DNA of 58,891 nt. Origin: a bacterium (lineage in GTDB: Bacteria; JACRDZ01; JAQUKH01). Shown in pieces: positions 47,105-57,592 of the stretch; positions within the stretch are counted from its first letter, which is position 1, and each line of letters starts with the position of its first letter. Both the position numbers and the translations under genes were made by a program. The stretch spans positions 1 to 58,891 of the forward strand of contig JAQUKH010000012.1 in the NCBI GenBank assembly GCA_028719205.1, written 5' to 3'. Under the pieces are notes generated by a model. That model saw only the letters and a program-made list of their open reading frames with translations. It searched no databases and was not told the origin of the DNA.

Positions 47105-47282
47105 CAATTTTGGTGGCTTTTAAACAGCTGGTACATACAAGAGATCGTTTTGTACTTCCTTTTAAAGTTATTTTTGCCTTTTGGAGATTTGGCAAAAAAT
47201 CGCGTTTGGTTCTATTATTGGCATGACTTATAGTATTGCCTTTCATTGTTCCTTTACCACAAATTGCACATGCTCGAGCCAT
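47097..47282 (-). CDS. rpmB: 50S ribosomal protein L28
   Basis: [29 protein letters not shown]...VCTSCLK. Confidence 0.97.
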   Translation of the reverse strand: MARACAICGKGTMKGNTISHANNRTKRDFLPNLQKAKITLKGSTKRSLVCTSCLKATKIAN

Positions 47283-47350
47283 GTTATAACTCCTTTTTTA
47301 GATTAAAGTCTTTTATGAACAGAAAAAATATATTATACCATTAAAACAAA

Positions 47351-49420
47351 ATGTGTCAAGAAAAAATAGACGCGATAGATATTCAGTATTTGAAAGGTGT
47401 TGGGCCTCACAGGGCAGAGGTTCTGAAAAAACTCGGAATTTTCAGCATTTTTGACTTGTTGTATTATTTCCCGCGGGATTATGATGATAGAAGTAATATC
47501 AAACCAATCAGCTTTGTGATCCCTGGTGAGAGGGAAACTGTTAAAGGGGTGATTATTTCCTCAAGTGAATTCAGGCCAAGAACGAGGGGGTATGTCCGTT
47601 CTATTTTTAAAGTTTTAATCAGGGACAATACAGGAATTTTAGAAGGAATTTGGTTTAACCAGCCTTATTTAAGAGAAAAATTTGATACCGGTAAAAAGGT
47701 GTTTTTTAGAGGCAAAATAGAGATTAATAGAGGCATAAGGCAGATAAATTCTCCTGATTTTGAGTTAATTGATTCAGAAAATGATGAAATATTTTTGGGA
47801 ATTGTGCCTATCTACCGTTTGACCCAAAATATTACACAAAAGCAATTCAGGCTTCTTATTCAAAACGCGGCAGATAAATATTTGAATTCAATTTCCGATT
47901 TTTTGCCGGTAATTATCAGAAAGAGGAATAATTTGATCGCGTTAGAAGACGCTTTACACAATATCCATTTCCCAAAAGATCCGGCCTGTAAAGAACGAGC
48001 GAGAACAAGGCTTGTGTTTGACGAGCTTTTTCTTTTTGAATTTAAAATGGTATATAAAAAGAAACATTTATTATCTAAACCCGGCATAAAATTTGTTAAA
48101 AACGATAATTTAACAGAAAGCTTTTTAAAAAGCCTGCCATTCTCCTTAACACGGGCGCAAAAGCATGTTTTATCTGAGATTGATCTGGATTTATCAAGCG
48201 GAAAAATTATGAGCAGGTTATTACAGGGGGATGTAGGGTCAGGTAAGACGATTCTCGCAATTTATTCTCTTGTTTTAGCTTCTGCCAATAATTATCAGAG
48301 CGCGATCATGGCGCCGACTGAGATTCTGGCAGAACAGCATTTTCGAAATATAAGCAACTATTTATTAAACCTGAATATAAAAATATGCCTCCTGATCTCA
48401 GGCGTAAAAAATAGAAAAGAAATTGAAAAAGGAATTTCTGACGGCTCAATTCATATCGTTGTCGGTACGCAGGCCCTTATTCAGGAAAAAATAAAGTTTA
48501 ATCGTTTAGGAATGGTTGTAATCGATGAGCAGCATCGTTTTGGCGTGGCCCAGCGCGGCGAGTTAAGGCAGAAAGGGATTAATCCTCATATTTTAGTTAT
48601 GACTGCGACTCCGATACCCCGGACTTTAGCGCTTACATTATACGGAGATTTAGACCTGTCTGTAATTGATGAACTTCCTCCGGGAAGGCAAAAGATAATA
48701 ACCCGCTGGATAAGTGAGAGTAAAAGGGCTCAGGCATATTATTTTGTCCGTCAGGAGATCTCCAAGGGCAACCAGGTTTATTTTGTTTATCCTTTAATAG
48801 AAGAATCCGAGAATCTGGACCTGAAAGCTGCTTCTAAGATGTATGAAAATTTTAAACGCGATGTATTTCCTGATTTACGGCTGGGGCTGCTTCATGGTAA
48901 AATGAAACCTTTAGAAAAAAACAGCGTCATGCAGGCCTTTAGAAAAGGTGATATTCAAATGCTTATAAGTACTACTGTAATTGAGGTTGGAATCGATGTG
49001 CCAAGAGCAACCGTTATGTTTATAGAACATCCTGAGCGTTTTGGTTTGGCACAATTACATCAATTACGGGGTAGGGTCGGAAGAAGCAAAAGCCAGAGTT
49101 ATTGCATTCTCTTAACTTCAGGGAAAGTATCTCTTGATGCGAAAAAAAGGATGGAAATTTTTGTTAAAACTCAAAATGGCTTTGAACTGGCGGAAGAGGA
49201 CTTAAAAATAAGAGGGCCGGGTGAATTTTTCGGGACAAGGCAGCATGGTATGCCGGAATTTAGAATAGTTGATTTGATCCGGGATGCCAGGGTTGTTCCG
49301 GTAGCAAGAAAAGAGGCTTTTACTTTTTTACAGGATGAAACTTTAAAAAAAGATAATAGTATTTTATTAATAGAAGAAGAAATTAAAAAAAGATATAGTG
49401 AAAAAACGGAGGCAAGTTGA
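47351..49420 (+). CDS. recG: ATP-dependent DNA helicase RecG
   Basis: LLQGDVGSGKT, DEQHRFGV, MTATPIPRTL, QLHQLRGRVGR, DLKIRGPGE. Confidence 0.98.
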   Translation: MCQEKIDAIDIQYLKGVGPHRAEVLKKLGIFSIFDLLYYFPRDYDDRSNIKPISFVIPGERETVKGVIISSSEFRPRTRGYVRSIFKVLIRDNTGILEGIWFNQPYLREKFDTGKKVFFRGKIEINRGIRQINSPDFELIDSENDEIFLGIVPIYRLTQNITQKQFRLLIQNAADKYLNSISDFLPVIIRKRNNLIALEDALHNIHFPKDPACKERARTRLVFDELFLFEFKMVYKKKHLLSKPGIKFVKNDNLTESFLKSLPFSLTRAQKHVLSEIDLDLSSGKIMSRLLQGDVGSGKTILAIYSLVLASANNYQSAIMAPTEILAEQHFRNISNYLLNLNIKICLLISGVKNRKEIEKGISDGSIHIVVGTQALIQEKIKFNRLGMVVIDEQHRFGVAQRGELRQKGINPHILVMTATPIPRTLALTLYGDLDLSVIDELPPGRQKIITRWISESKRAQAYYFVRQEISKGNQVYFVYPLIEESENLDLKAASKMYENFKRDVFPDLRLGLLHGKMKPLEKNSVMQAFRKGDIQMLISTTVIEVGIDVPRATVMFIEHPERFGLAQLHQLRGRVGRSKSQSYCILLTSGKVSLDAKKRMEIFVKTQNGFELAEEDLKIRGPGEFFGTRQHGMPEFRIVDLIRDARVVPVARKEAFTFLQDETLKKDNSILLIEEEIKKRYSEKTEAS

Positions 49421-52400
49421 AATTGTTAAATTGGTTATTTAAATATTTAATTATTTATATACTGTTATTTTTATCGTTTCATCAAAGTTATGCTATAACC
49501 GATGTGGATAAAACAATTGAACTTCTTCTTTACGGTAACGACCGTGAGAGAGAGTATGCGGCAGAATTTTTGGGTAAGCTAAAGATAAAGAAAGCAATCC
49601 CTTTTCTTAACGGCGCGATAGCTAAGGATAAAAGCTTTTTGGTCCGTCTCGCTTCTGTTTCATCTTTGAATAAATTAGGAGAGCCTTATGACGCGAAAAT
49701 TATTGAAGAGGCCCTGCAAAGTGATGACAGATTTGTAAGACTGAAAGCTGTCCAGGTATTACAGGGTTTATCTGAATGGAAAAACAGGGAGCTTGTTTTA
49801 AGCTTATTTAATGATAAAGATGTTGAAATCAGGAAAAATATAATTATTGCTGCCGGGAAATTGAAGATAAAAGGAGCGTTGGATCTGCTTATTTCCATGC
49901 TAAAAGATCCTGATCCGGAGATCAGGGAATCAGTGGTCATATCATTAGGCAGCCTGAATGATACAAAAGCACTAAAACCTCTTCTTGAAATTTTGGGGGA
50001 TTCTTCTATAAAGATAGTCAGGGCGGCTGTTATTTCCCTGGGTGAGCTCGGGGATGAAGAGATCTCTATGCCTATGATAAGGATGTTAGGACATAGAGAT
50101 AAATCAATTCGTTACCATGCAATAAATATTTTAGGAGAGCTGGGTACAAAGGCAGGTTTTAAAGCAATTCTCGGTATGGTGAAAGATAAAGATCCGCAAG
50201 TGAGATTAGCGGCAATAAATGCCCTGGGAAGACTAAAAATAAAGGAATATATTCCGGTTTTTCAAGAGGCGTTAGGCACAGATACAGATTCTTATGTAAA
50301 ATTAGCAGCCGCAAAAAGTTTGATCTTATTGGAAGATTATACCGGTTATAGTTTAATTAAAAATGAAGTTTTCAGCAAAAATACTGACCTGAAGAGGGAT
50401 GCGATAGAAACATTAGGAATAATTAAAGATAAAAACTCGATATCAATAATTGAAGATTTATTTATTTACCCAAACCCTGAGATCAAGGAAAAGGTTATTT
50501 GGTCGCTTGGCGAGATCAAGGGGACAAGCACTTTTGGATTTTTATTAAATAAATTAAATGATGAAAAAGAATTTAAGGTGGAGATTATTGACGCGTTGAG
50601 AAAGTTCCAGGATAAAAAGTTGATTCCATATTTAAGCAGTTATTTGGATGATGAAAATTTTATAATCAGGAAAAATGCGGCAAGTGTTCTTAGTAATTTT
50701 CCCGATAAGAATCCTGAAATTGAAAGAAAACTGATTAATCTTCTATCGGACGAATATTTTGAAGTAAGGAGGGCCGCTCTTACTACTTTGGTTAAATGGA
50801 AGTCAAAAATAGATCTGGAATTGTTGAATATTGCTAAAAATAATTCCGATCCGCTTCAGATGACGGCTATCTCGGGATTGGCAGAGCTTGGTAATAAAGA
50901 AGTAATACCGGTTATTCTCGATTTATCTAAACAAAAAATAGCAGAAAGGTACAGGCTATTATTGGCCTATCAATTAGCCTCATTTGGTGATTATAGCGGA
51001 AAAAATGTGATAATAGAAATTGCGAAGTCAGATGATTATGTTTTAAGAAAACAGGCGGCGGAATATTTATTTAAATTTATGGACGCGGATGTTTTTGATG
51101 TCCTTTCAAGCCTTATCAAAGATAATAAGAAAGAAGTCAGGTCAGCGGCGGTAAAAACTCTGGGATTGATGTTTGACGGGCGCGCCGTTGATATTTTACT
51201 GAATAATCTCGTTTCTGAGAATCTGTATTTTGAAATGGAAATAGATAATTCTTTAATTAATCTGCGGGATATCTCTACTGACCCTCTCATTAATATTTCT
51301 AAAAATATAAAACCAACAGAGAAGGAAAATCTTAACATTGAAAGGGCTGGTTCAATTTTGGTTAAGATCGGAATGCCTTGCGTTGATAAAGTTATTAAAG
51401 CATCTTCAGGGCAGGATACCGGACAAAAAATTTATATGATGAATATCCTGTCCAGGATCGGGAAAGACAGCTTAAAACCATTAATTAATTATTGGGATGG
51501 GAATTTTGATCCTTCAAATAACATATTGGTTGATACAATAATAAAAATAAGCAAAGAGGATCCAAAGATACTGATTGATCTGTTAGATGATGAAGTCCTG
51601 CAAAGTAAATCCGCAAAGCTTATTGTCCGGTTTGCACCGGAAAAGGTTTTGGATTTGCTTTTTAGCAAATTATACGTGTCAAGCGGAATGGTGAGGATAA
51701 AGGTTATTGAATGTTTAAGAGGAATGAGCGGTGCTGCATCTGATAGATTAATAACAGATCTATTTAAATCAGATGAGTCAAGGCAACTGGTTATTATTGA
51801 AGTTTTAGGAGAAATGAGAACTGAAAAAGCAATTGTCCCTTTAGAAAAAATAACGGCTGAAACTAAAAATGAGAAGATAAAAGAAGTTGCCGGCCAGGTT
51901 GTCACTAATCTCAAAAATACGCTTTCTGCTATGGCAAACAGTGATAAATCGCAGATAGATAACCTAAAGAAAAAACGCGGTAAAGTTTCTATGATCGAGA
52001 AAAATTTTATTTTTATAAATTTAGGATGGAAAGACGGTGTCAATAACGGAATGATCTTTAAGATCTTTGATGATAAAAATACCGTGATCAATAAATTGGA
52101 AATTACAGAGGTTGTGGGTAATAATACATCCATAGGCAAAATGCTTAGTGATACTAAAGTTGAAGTTGGTTATAATCTGGAAGAAGAGGTCAAAGAAGCA
52201 GATATAAAAGCGACTGATAACGATGAAATAAAGATTCAGTTAGAACGTTTAAAAAATAATAACATTGAAATTAAAGCAGACGCGATCAATATTTTAGGGG
52301 ATAAAGGAGATGGAAGTATTCTCGCTGATATTATTCAAGTTTTGGAGGATGAAAATATAAACAAGTATTCCGCAAATGAGCTGAAAACCCGTGTAGATAT

Positions 52401-52950
52401 CAGAAAAAACGCGGCATGGGCTATTGGAGAAATAGAGTATAAACTGATCTCTAAAATTTACAAGGAGAGAGAAGGGAAAAAAGATTTAAAAGATAAAGAA
52501 CAGGAAATGTTAGATAAAATAACTAATATTCTTATTAAATTATTTTCTGACGCGGATAGCGGTGTTTGTTTAGCCGCGGTAAGGAATATAATCAGATTGA
52601 TACAATTGAGGGATGCTTTTGGGTTGAAAAATGATTTTATCCTTGATCCTCTTTGTAATCTTTTAGGCAGCGAGGATAATTATGTTAAGCGTGCGGCTGT
52701 TGAAGCATTAGCTGAATTAAAAGATCCAAAAGCTATACCATTTCTGGTTAAAAGTTGGAATGATAATGATGCGACAGTGAAGGGAAATATTGCTTACGCT
52801 CTTGAAAAAATAGGTAAACCCGCAGTGCCGAGTTTGAAAGAAGCTCTGAAAGATCCAAGCGATGAGAAAAAACGGTTAGCTGCCAGTGTCCTTTATAAGC
52901 TGGGTTACAAAATAAAAAGGACCGGAAATAATTACGAGGTGATAGAGTAG
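49417..52950 (+). CDS. Exported HEAT/PBS-lyase-repeat protein with an inserted beta domain
   Basis: Signal peptide; many L.D.D..VR..A...LG repeats; INLGWKDGV..G insert. Confidence 0.85.
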   Translation: MKLLNWLFKYLIIYILLFLSFHQSYAITDVDKTIELLLYGNDREREYAAEFLGKLKIKKAIPFLNGAIAKDKSFLVRLASVSSLNKLGEPYDAKIIEEALQSDDRFVRLKAVQVLQGLSEWKNRELVLSLFNDKDVEIRKNIIIAAGKLKIKGALDLLISMLKDPDPEIRESVVISLGSLNDTKALKPLLEILGDSSIKIVRAAVISLGELGDEEISMPMIRMLGHRDKSIRYHAINILGELGTKAGFKAILGMVKDKDPQVRLAAINALGRLKIKEYIPVFQEALGTDTDSYVKLAAAKSLILLEDYTGYSLIKNEVFSKNTDLKRDAIETLGIIKDKNSISIIEDLFIYPNPEIKEKVIWSLGEIKGTSTFGFLLNKLNDEKEFKVEIIDALRKFQDKKLIPYLSSYLDDENFIIRKNAASVLSNFPDKNPEIERKLINLLSDEYFEVRRAALTTLVKWKSKIDLELLNIAKNNSDPLQMTAISGLAELGNKEVIPVILDLSKQKIAERYRLLLAYQLASFGDYSGKNVIIEIAKSDDYVLRKQAAEYLFKFMDADVFDVLSSLIKDNKKEVRSAAVKTLGLMFDGRAVDILLNNLVSENLYFEMEIDNSLINLRDISTDPLINISKNIKPTEKENLNIERAGSILVKIGMPCVDKVIKASSGQDTGQKIYMMNILSRIGKDSLKPLINYWDGNFDPSNNILVDTIIKISKEDPKILIDLLDDEVLQSKSAKLIVRFAPEKVLDLLFSKLYVSSGMVRIKVIECLRGMSGAASDRLITDLFKSDESRQLVIIEVLGEMRTEKAIVPLEKITAETKNEKIKEVAGQVVTNLKNTLSAMANSDKSQIDNLKKKRGKVSMIEKNFIFINLGWKDGVNNGMIFKIFDDKNTVINKLEITEVVGNNTSIGKMLSDTKVEVGYNLEEEVKEADIKATDNDEIKIQLERLKNNNIEIKADAINILGDKGDGSILADIIQVLEDENINKYSANELKTRVDIRKNAAWAIGEIEYKLISKIYKEREGKKDLKDKEQEMLDKITNILIKLFSDADSGVCLAAVRNIIRLIQLRDAFGLKNDFILDPLCNLLGSEDNYVKRAAVEALAELKDPKAIPFLVKSWNDNDATVKGNIAYALEKIGKPAVPSLKEALKDPSDEKKRLAASVLYKLGYKIKRTGNNYEVIE

Positions 52951-52974
52951 GGGCACGGCGTGCCATGTCCCTAC
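52947..52974. repeat. Double-ended GTAG REP palindrome between convergent genes
   Basis: GTAGGG..CACGGCGTGCCATG..CCCTAC; supplies both TAG stop codons. Confidence 0.75.
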
Positions 52975-54179
52975 AATTTTTGGTTTTTTATTTCTTTAAT
53001 AAGAAGCGGCACTATCTCAAACATATCTCCCACGATCCCATAAGTGGCTATATTAAAAATAGGAGCGTTCGGGTCTTTATTGATGGCAATGATAATGTCG
53101 GAAGACTGCATTCCCGCAAGATGCTGTATCGCGCCTGATATACCACACGCGATATAAACCTTTGGAGATACTGTTTTTCCCGTTTGTCCTACCTGATGGT
53201 ACGAAGAGATCCAGCCTGCGTCTACCGCGGCTCTTGAGGCGCCCACAGTCCCTCCCAGGATCTTAGCAAGATCAAAAAGCATTGAGAAATTTTCCGCATT
53301 TTTTATGCCTCTTCCGCCGGATACTATAATTTCACTTTCTTCAAGATTAACGTTTTCTTTTAATTCTTTTGTTGTTTTAATAATTTTGCAAATAGAACTT
53401 TCTTCAAGAGACGGAGTTAAGTTTATTATTTTGCTTTTTCTTGCCGGGTCTGGCGTACCTTTTTTAAATACATGAGGCCTCACAGTGGCCATTTGAGGCC
53501 TTTTTTGAGGACAGGTGATGGTAGCCATAATATTACCGCCGTAAGCGGGACGGGTTTGCAACAGCAGCCTTTTATCAGGGTCAAGATCTAACTCAGTGCA
53601 GTCAGCGGTTAGCCCGGTTTTAAGCCGGGAGGCTATACGCGGGGCTAAATCCCGTCCGATAGTAGTGGCCCCGATAAGCACAATTTCAGGTTTGATCTTT
53701 AGAATAAGATCGCAAATTATTTTTGTATACGTAAGCGTATGGTATTCTTTTAAAATTATATCGGAAGCTTTATAAATTACATCCGCGCCGTATTCTGTTA
53801 ATTCTTTTATCTGGTTATCAAGTTCTCCGCCGATAATTACGGCGGAAAGGTCTTCTTTTAATTTATTGCTTAAGTTCCTTCCAAGGTTTAAAAGTTCCAA
53901 AGCAACATTATGAAGTTTATCTTCCCGTTGTTCAGCAAATATCAGGATCCCCCGGTAAAGCAGGGGGGAATAATCATTCGCCTTTACACTTTTGGAATTA
54001 GAAATTTCCTTTTCTAATTTTATGGCATCATAATCGCAAACGCTTAAGCAGGCATTGCATAATTGACATTTGTCGTTAACATTGACTTTGGTATCGGCTA
54101 ATTCTAACGCTCCGTACAAACAGGCATCAATACAACGGCCGCATCCTATACAATTTTCTCTTACAATTTTTATTCCCAT
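52971..54179 (-). CDS. etfA: Electron transfer flavoprotein alpha subunit with N-terminal 2x[4Fe-4S] ferredoxin domain
   Basis: CIGCGRCIDAC and CQLCNACLSVC; TGLTADCT, SGGRG, QVGQTG, GISGAIQHLAG. Confidence 0.93.
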   Translation of the reverse strand: MGIKIVRENCIGCGRCIDACLYGALELADTKVNVNDKCQLCNACLSVCDYDAIKLEKEISNSKSVKANDYSPLLYRGILIFAEQREDKLHNVALELLNLGRNLSNKLKEDLSAVIIGGELDNQIKELTEYGADVIYKASDIILKEYHTLTYTKIICDLILKIKPEIVLIGATTIGRDLAPRIASRLKTGLTADCTELDLDPDKRLLLQTRPAYGGNIMATITCPQKRPQMATVRPHVFKKGTPDPARKSKIINLTPSLEESSICKIIKTTKELKENVNLEESEIIVSGGRGIKNAENFSMLFDLAKILGGTVGASRAAVDAGWISSYHQVGQTGKTVSPKVYIACGISGAIQHLAGMQSSDIIIAINKDPNAPIFNIATYGIVGDMFEIVPLLIKEIKNQKL

Positions 54180-54193
54180 AGATGTAATTAAAT

Positions 54194-54541
54194 TTATTTA
54201 GAGTTATATTTCAGGACTGTTTCCGCGATAGTATATAATTTATCAATATCATCAGTCGATCTATCTTTTAAAAAATAAACCAGTTTTAAAATTTTCTGTT
54301 TTTTATTATCCTGTTTTATTTCATTTGTTTTCATATCGAGGAGCGATTTCAGGGAACCTTCAAGGCTTTGTTCTATTTCTTCCAGTATGTTAACGGAAGG
54401 GCTTCTTAATCCGCGTTCCAAAAGCGAAATATAGGGAGTCGATACATTTAACCGTTTAGCCAGATCTCCCTGGCTTAAATTTTGTTTTTCCCTGAGTTCT
54501 CGTATTTTGTCTCCAAATTTATTTTTTGTAATTTTCCCCAT
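54194..54541 (-). CDS. XRE family HTH transcriptional regulator
   Basis: IRELREKQNLSQGDLA..YISLLERG.RSPS; GGAGGT RBS. Confidence 0.9.
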   Translation of the reverse strand: MGKITKNKFGDKIRELREKQNLSQGDLAKRLNVSTPYISLLERGLRSPSVNILEEIEQSLEGSLKSLLDMKTNEIKQDNKKQKILKLVYFLKDRSTDDIDKLYTIAETVLKYNSK

Positions 54542-54723
54542 TTTACCTCCTCTCCCCCTCAGCATAAAATAAAAGTTTAAAAAACTTAATCCGATATTGT
54601 GTAATATTTATTAACAAAAGTCAATAAAAATATTTTCCAAAAACAGGTTAATAAAAAAATATCTTTAAATAAATACAGAAATAATGTAAAATATTTTGTT
54701 AGTTTAAAAAAAAGGAGGCCATT

Positions 54724-56805
54724 ATGAAGGATTATACTTCAAATGATATTCGGAATATTGGCATAACAGGGCATGGAGGAACCGGGAAGACGTCCTTAAC
54801 AGAGGCTTTGCTTTTTACGGCAAAAGTTACAACCCGCCTGGGGCGGGTTGATAATGGCACCACTGTAACGGATTACGACGAAGATGAAATAAAAAGAAAG
54901 ATTTCAATAAATTCCGCGCTGGCTTTTTGTGATTGGAAAGGTTTGAAAATAAATATTGTTGATTTACCCGGCGACGCCAATTTTTTTGTTGATACCCAGT
55001 TTTCGCTTTTGGCTGTGGATAATGCTGTTATAGTTGTTGATGGAGTTTCCGGGGTTAAGGTTCAAACGCAGAAGGTTTGGGATTTAGCCAAAGAATATCA
55101 GATTCCAGCAATATTTTTTATAAATAAGATAGAAAAAGAACGAGCGGATTTTTTCGCGGTGCAGGAGGAAATAAAAAAGAAATTCAGTACAGCAATTTCT
55201 ATTCAGATCCCGATAGGGTCTGAAACAAGGTTTTCCGGTATTGTTGACCTTGTTCTGAATAAAGCCTATGAGTATGCCGATGATGAAACAGGTTCAAGCG
55301 TGGAGATTCCTATACCGGATAATTTAAAGGAAAAAGTTAAAAAATACAGGGAAATGTTGATTGAAAAGGTGGTAGAAACGGATGATTCCCTTTTGGAAAA
55401 ATATTTAGGAAAAGGTGAAGTTTCTGATCTGGAGATGCAGTCAGCCTTAAAAAAGGCCGTAAGCGAACGGAAAATTTCTCCGATTTTATGCGGTTCGGCT
55501 TTAAAGAATATAGGCATGTTTCATTTGTTTGAAGTTATAACCGGATTATTGCCGAGCCCTTTATTCAGGCAGAAGATTACCGGAAAAAATGCTAAAGGTG
55601 AGGATGAATTTCGCGAGCAGAATGGATCTGCCCCTTTTTCCGCGTTTGTTTTTAAAACATTAGTTGATCCGCATTCAGGCCATATAAGCCTTTTCAGGGT
55701 ATTCTCAGGGACGGCTAATTCTGATCTGATCGTGAATAATCCGGCTGAGGGCCAGAATGAAAGGCTTGGGCATATTTGTTTTTATGTCGGTAAAAACGCG
55801 AAAGCGGTTTCAAAAGTTATAGCCGGCGATATCGCGGGTGTAACAAAATTAAAGAAAACTTTTACAGGACAAACGCTTTGTGATGAAAAACACCCGATAT
55901 TATTGCATTCCGCGAAAGTTGCTGAACCGTCAATATTTTTTGCGATCGAGCCGAAAACCAGAAGTGATGAAGAGAAGATGAGTTCGGCGATCGCGAAACT
56001 GGTTGAAGAGGATCCGAGCCTGAAATTTTCATGGGACGCGGAAACTAAAGAAAGTATTTTAGGAGGGGCGGGCCAGTTAGAAATAGAAATTGATATAGAA
56101 AAGCTGAAAAGAAGGTTCGGGGTAGAAGTATTACTTAAACCGCCTCATATACCGTATAAAGAGACCATTAAAGCCAGGAGCCAGGCGCAGGGAAAATATA
56201 AACGCCAGTCCGGCGGACGCGGGCAGTATGGGGACGCGTGGCTGGAATTAGAGCCTGTGGCGCGCGGGAAGGGTTATGAATTTTTAAATAAAATAGTCGG
56301 AGGCTCTATTCCGCGGCAATATGTTCCCGCGGTAGAAAAGGGAGTAATAGAAGCGATGGCTGACGGGATCCTCGCGGGCTATCCTGTAGTTGATGTAAGA
56401 GTTTCCGTCTATGACGGTTCTTATCATGATGTGGATTCTTCGGAGATGGCGTTTAAAATAGCAGGCTCTATGGCGTTTAAAAATGCCATGGAACAGGCAA
56501 GGCCGGTTCTTCTGGAACCTATCATGAATATGGAGGTTGTGGTGCCGGAGGAGTGTGTCGGGGATATCATGGGTGATCTTAATTCCCGGAGGGGGAGAGT
56601 TCACGGGGTAGAGCCGGATAAAGACAATTCAGTAATTAAGGCAGAAGTTCCAATGGCTGAGATGTTAAAATACGCGCCGGACCTGAAATCAATAACAGGC
56701 GGGCGGGGAAATTATCATATGGAATTTTCACATTATGAAGAAGTTCCGGCTCATCTTAAAGACAAAATTATAAATGAAACGAAAAAAGAAAACTTGAAAA
56801 GTTAA
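54724..56805 (+). CDS. fusA: Elongation factor G paralogue (EF-G2-like)
   Basis: GHGGTGKT, DLPG, NKIE, KRQSGGRGQYG, DGSYHDVDSSEMAF; not in a str operon. Confidence 0.9.
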   Translation: MKDYTSNDIRNIGITGHGGTGKTSLTEALLFTAKVTTRLGRVDNGTTVTDYDEDEIKRKISINSALAFCDWKGLKINIVDLPGDANFFVDTQFSLLAVDNAVIVVDGVSGVKVQTQKVWDLAKEYQIPAIFFINKIEKERADFFAVQEEIKKKFSTAISIQIPIGSETRFSGIVDLVLNKAYEYADDETGSSVEIPIPDNLKEKVKKYREMLIEKVVETDDSLLEKYLGKGEVSDLEMQSALKKAVSERKISPILCGSALKNIGMFHLFEVITGLLPSPLFRQKITGKNAKGEDEFREQNGSAPFSAFVFKTLVDPHSGHISLFRVFSGTANSDLIVNNPAEGQNERLGHICFYVGKNAKAVSKVIAGDIAGVTKLKKTFTGQTLCDEKHPILLHSAKVAEPSIFFAIEPKTRSDEEKMSSAIAKLVEEDPSLKFSWDAETKESILGGAGQLEIEIDIEKLKRRFGVEVLLKPPHIPYKETIKARSQAQGKYKRQSGGRGQYGDAWLELEPVARGKGYEFLNKIVGGSIPRQYVPAVEKGVIEAMADGILAGYPVVDVRVSVYDGSYHDVDSSEMAFKIAGSMAFKNAMEQARPVLLEPIMNMEVVVPEECVGDIMGDLNSRRGRVHGVEPDKDNSVIKAEVPMAEMLKYAPDLKSITGGRGNYHMEFSHYEEVPAHLKDKIINETKKENLKS

Positions 56806-56835
56806 GAGCCTCAGGCTCTAAAGGAGGAATGTTCA

Positions 56836-57588
56836 ATGTCAGGTCATTCAAAGTGGAGCAGTATTAAACACAAAAAAGGGAAATTGGATTCCCAGAGAAG
56901 TAAAGTGTTTACGAAGATAATTCGTGAATTAACGGTCGCGGCACGGTCCGGAGGCAGCGGTGACCCGGATAGTAATGCCAGGTTGAGGTCTGCTATGCTG
57001 GCAGCGAAAGAAGCAAATATGCCGGGTGATACGATGAAAAAGGCCATTCAGAGAGGAACAGGTGAGTTGCCGGGTGTTACATATGAAGAAATGAATTACG
57101 AAGGATATGGCCCCTGTGGTGTCGCTATTATGCTGGAGATAGTTACTGACAGTAAAAACCGGACAGCTGCTGAGATAAGAAATATGTTCTCAAAGTATAA
57201 TGGGAATTTGGGAGAAGTCGGCTGTGTTGGCTGGATGTTCCACAAAAAAGGTTTAATTGTAGTTGATAAGAAAAAGGCTACAGAAGACCAGCTGATGGAA
57301 ATTGTTCTGGATGTGGGCGGTGAGGATATTACTGATATCGGGACCGGTTTTGAGATTACCACAAAACCTGAAAGTTTACATGCTGTTAAAGAAGCTTTAT
57401 CTAAAAAAGGGATAACGCCTGATTCCGCGATAATGTCAATGATCCCGAGCAATACCATAAAAGTTGAAGATAAAGACGCGGAAAAGGTCCTGAGATTGAT
57501 CGAGGCTTTGGAAGAGCACGACGATGTTCAGAACGTATATGCTAATTTTGACATTGATGAATCTGTTATAGAAAAAATATCAGGATAA
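56836..57588 (+). CDS. yebC: YebC/PmpR family protein
   Basis: MSGHSKWSSIKHKK, YEGYGP, DDVQNVYANF. Confidence 0.97.
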   Translation: MSGHSKWSSIKHKKGKLDSQRSKVFTKIIRELTVAARSGGSGDPDSNARLRSAMLAAKEANMPGDTMKKAIQRGTGELPGVTYEEMNYEGYGPCGVAIMLEIVTDSKNRTAAEIRNMFSKYNGNLGEVGCVGWMFHKKGLIVVDKKKATEDQLMEIVLDVGGEDITDIGTGFEITTKPESLHAVKEALSKKGITPDSAIMSMIPSNTIKVEDKDAEKVLRLIEALEEHDDVQNVYANFDIDESVIEKISG

Positions 57589-57592
57589 AAAA

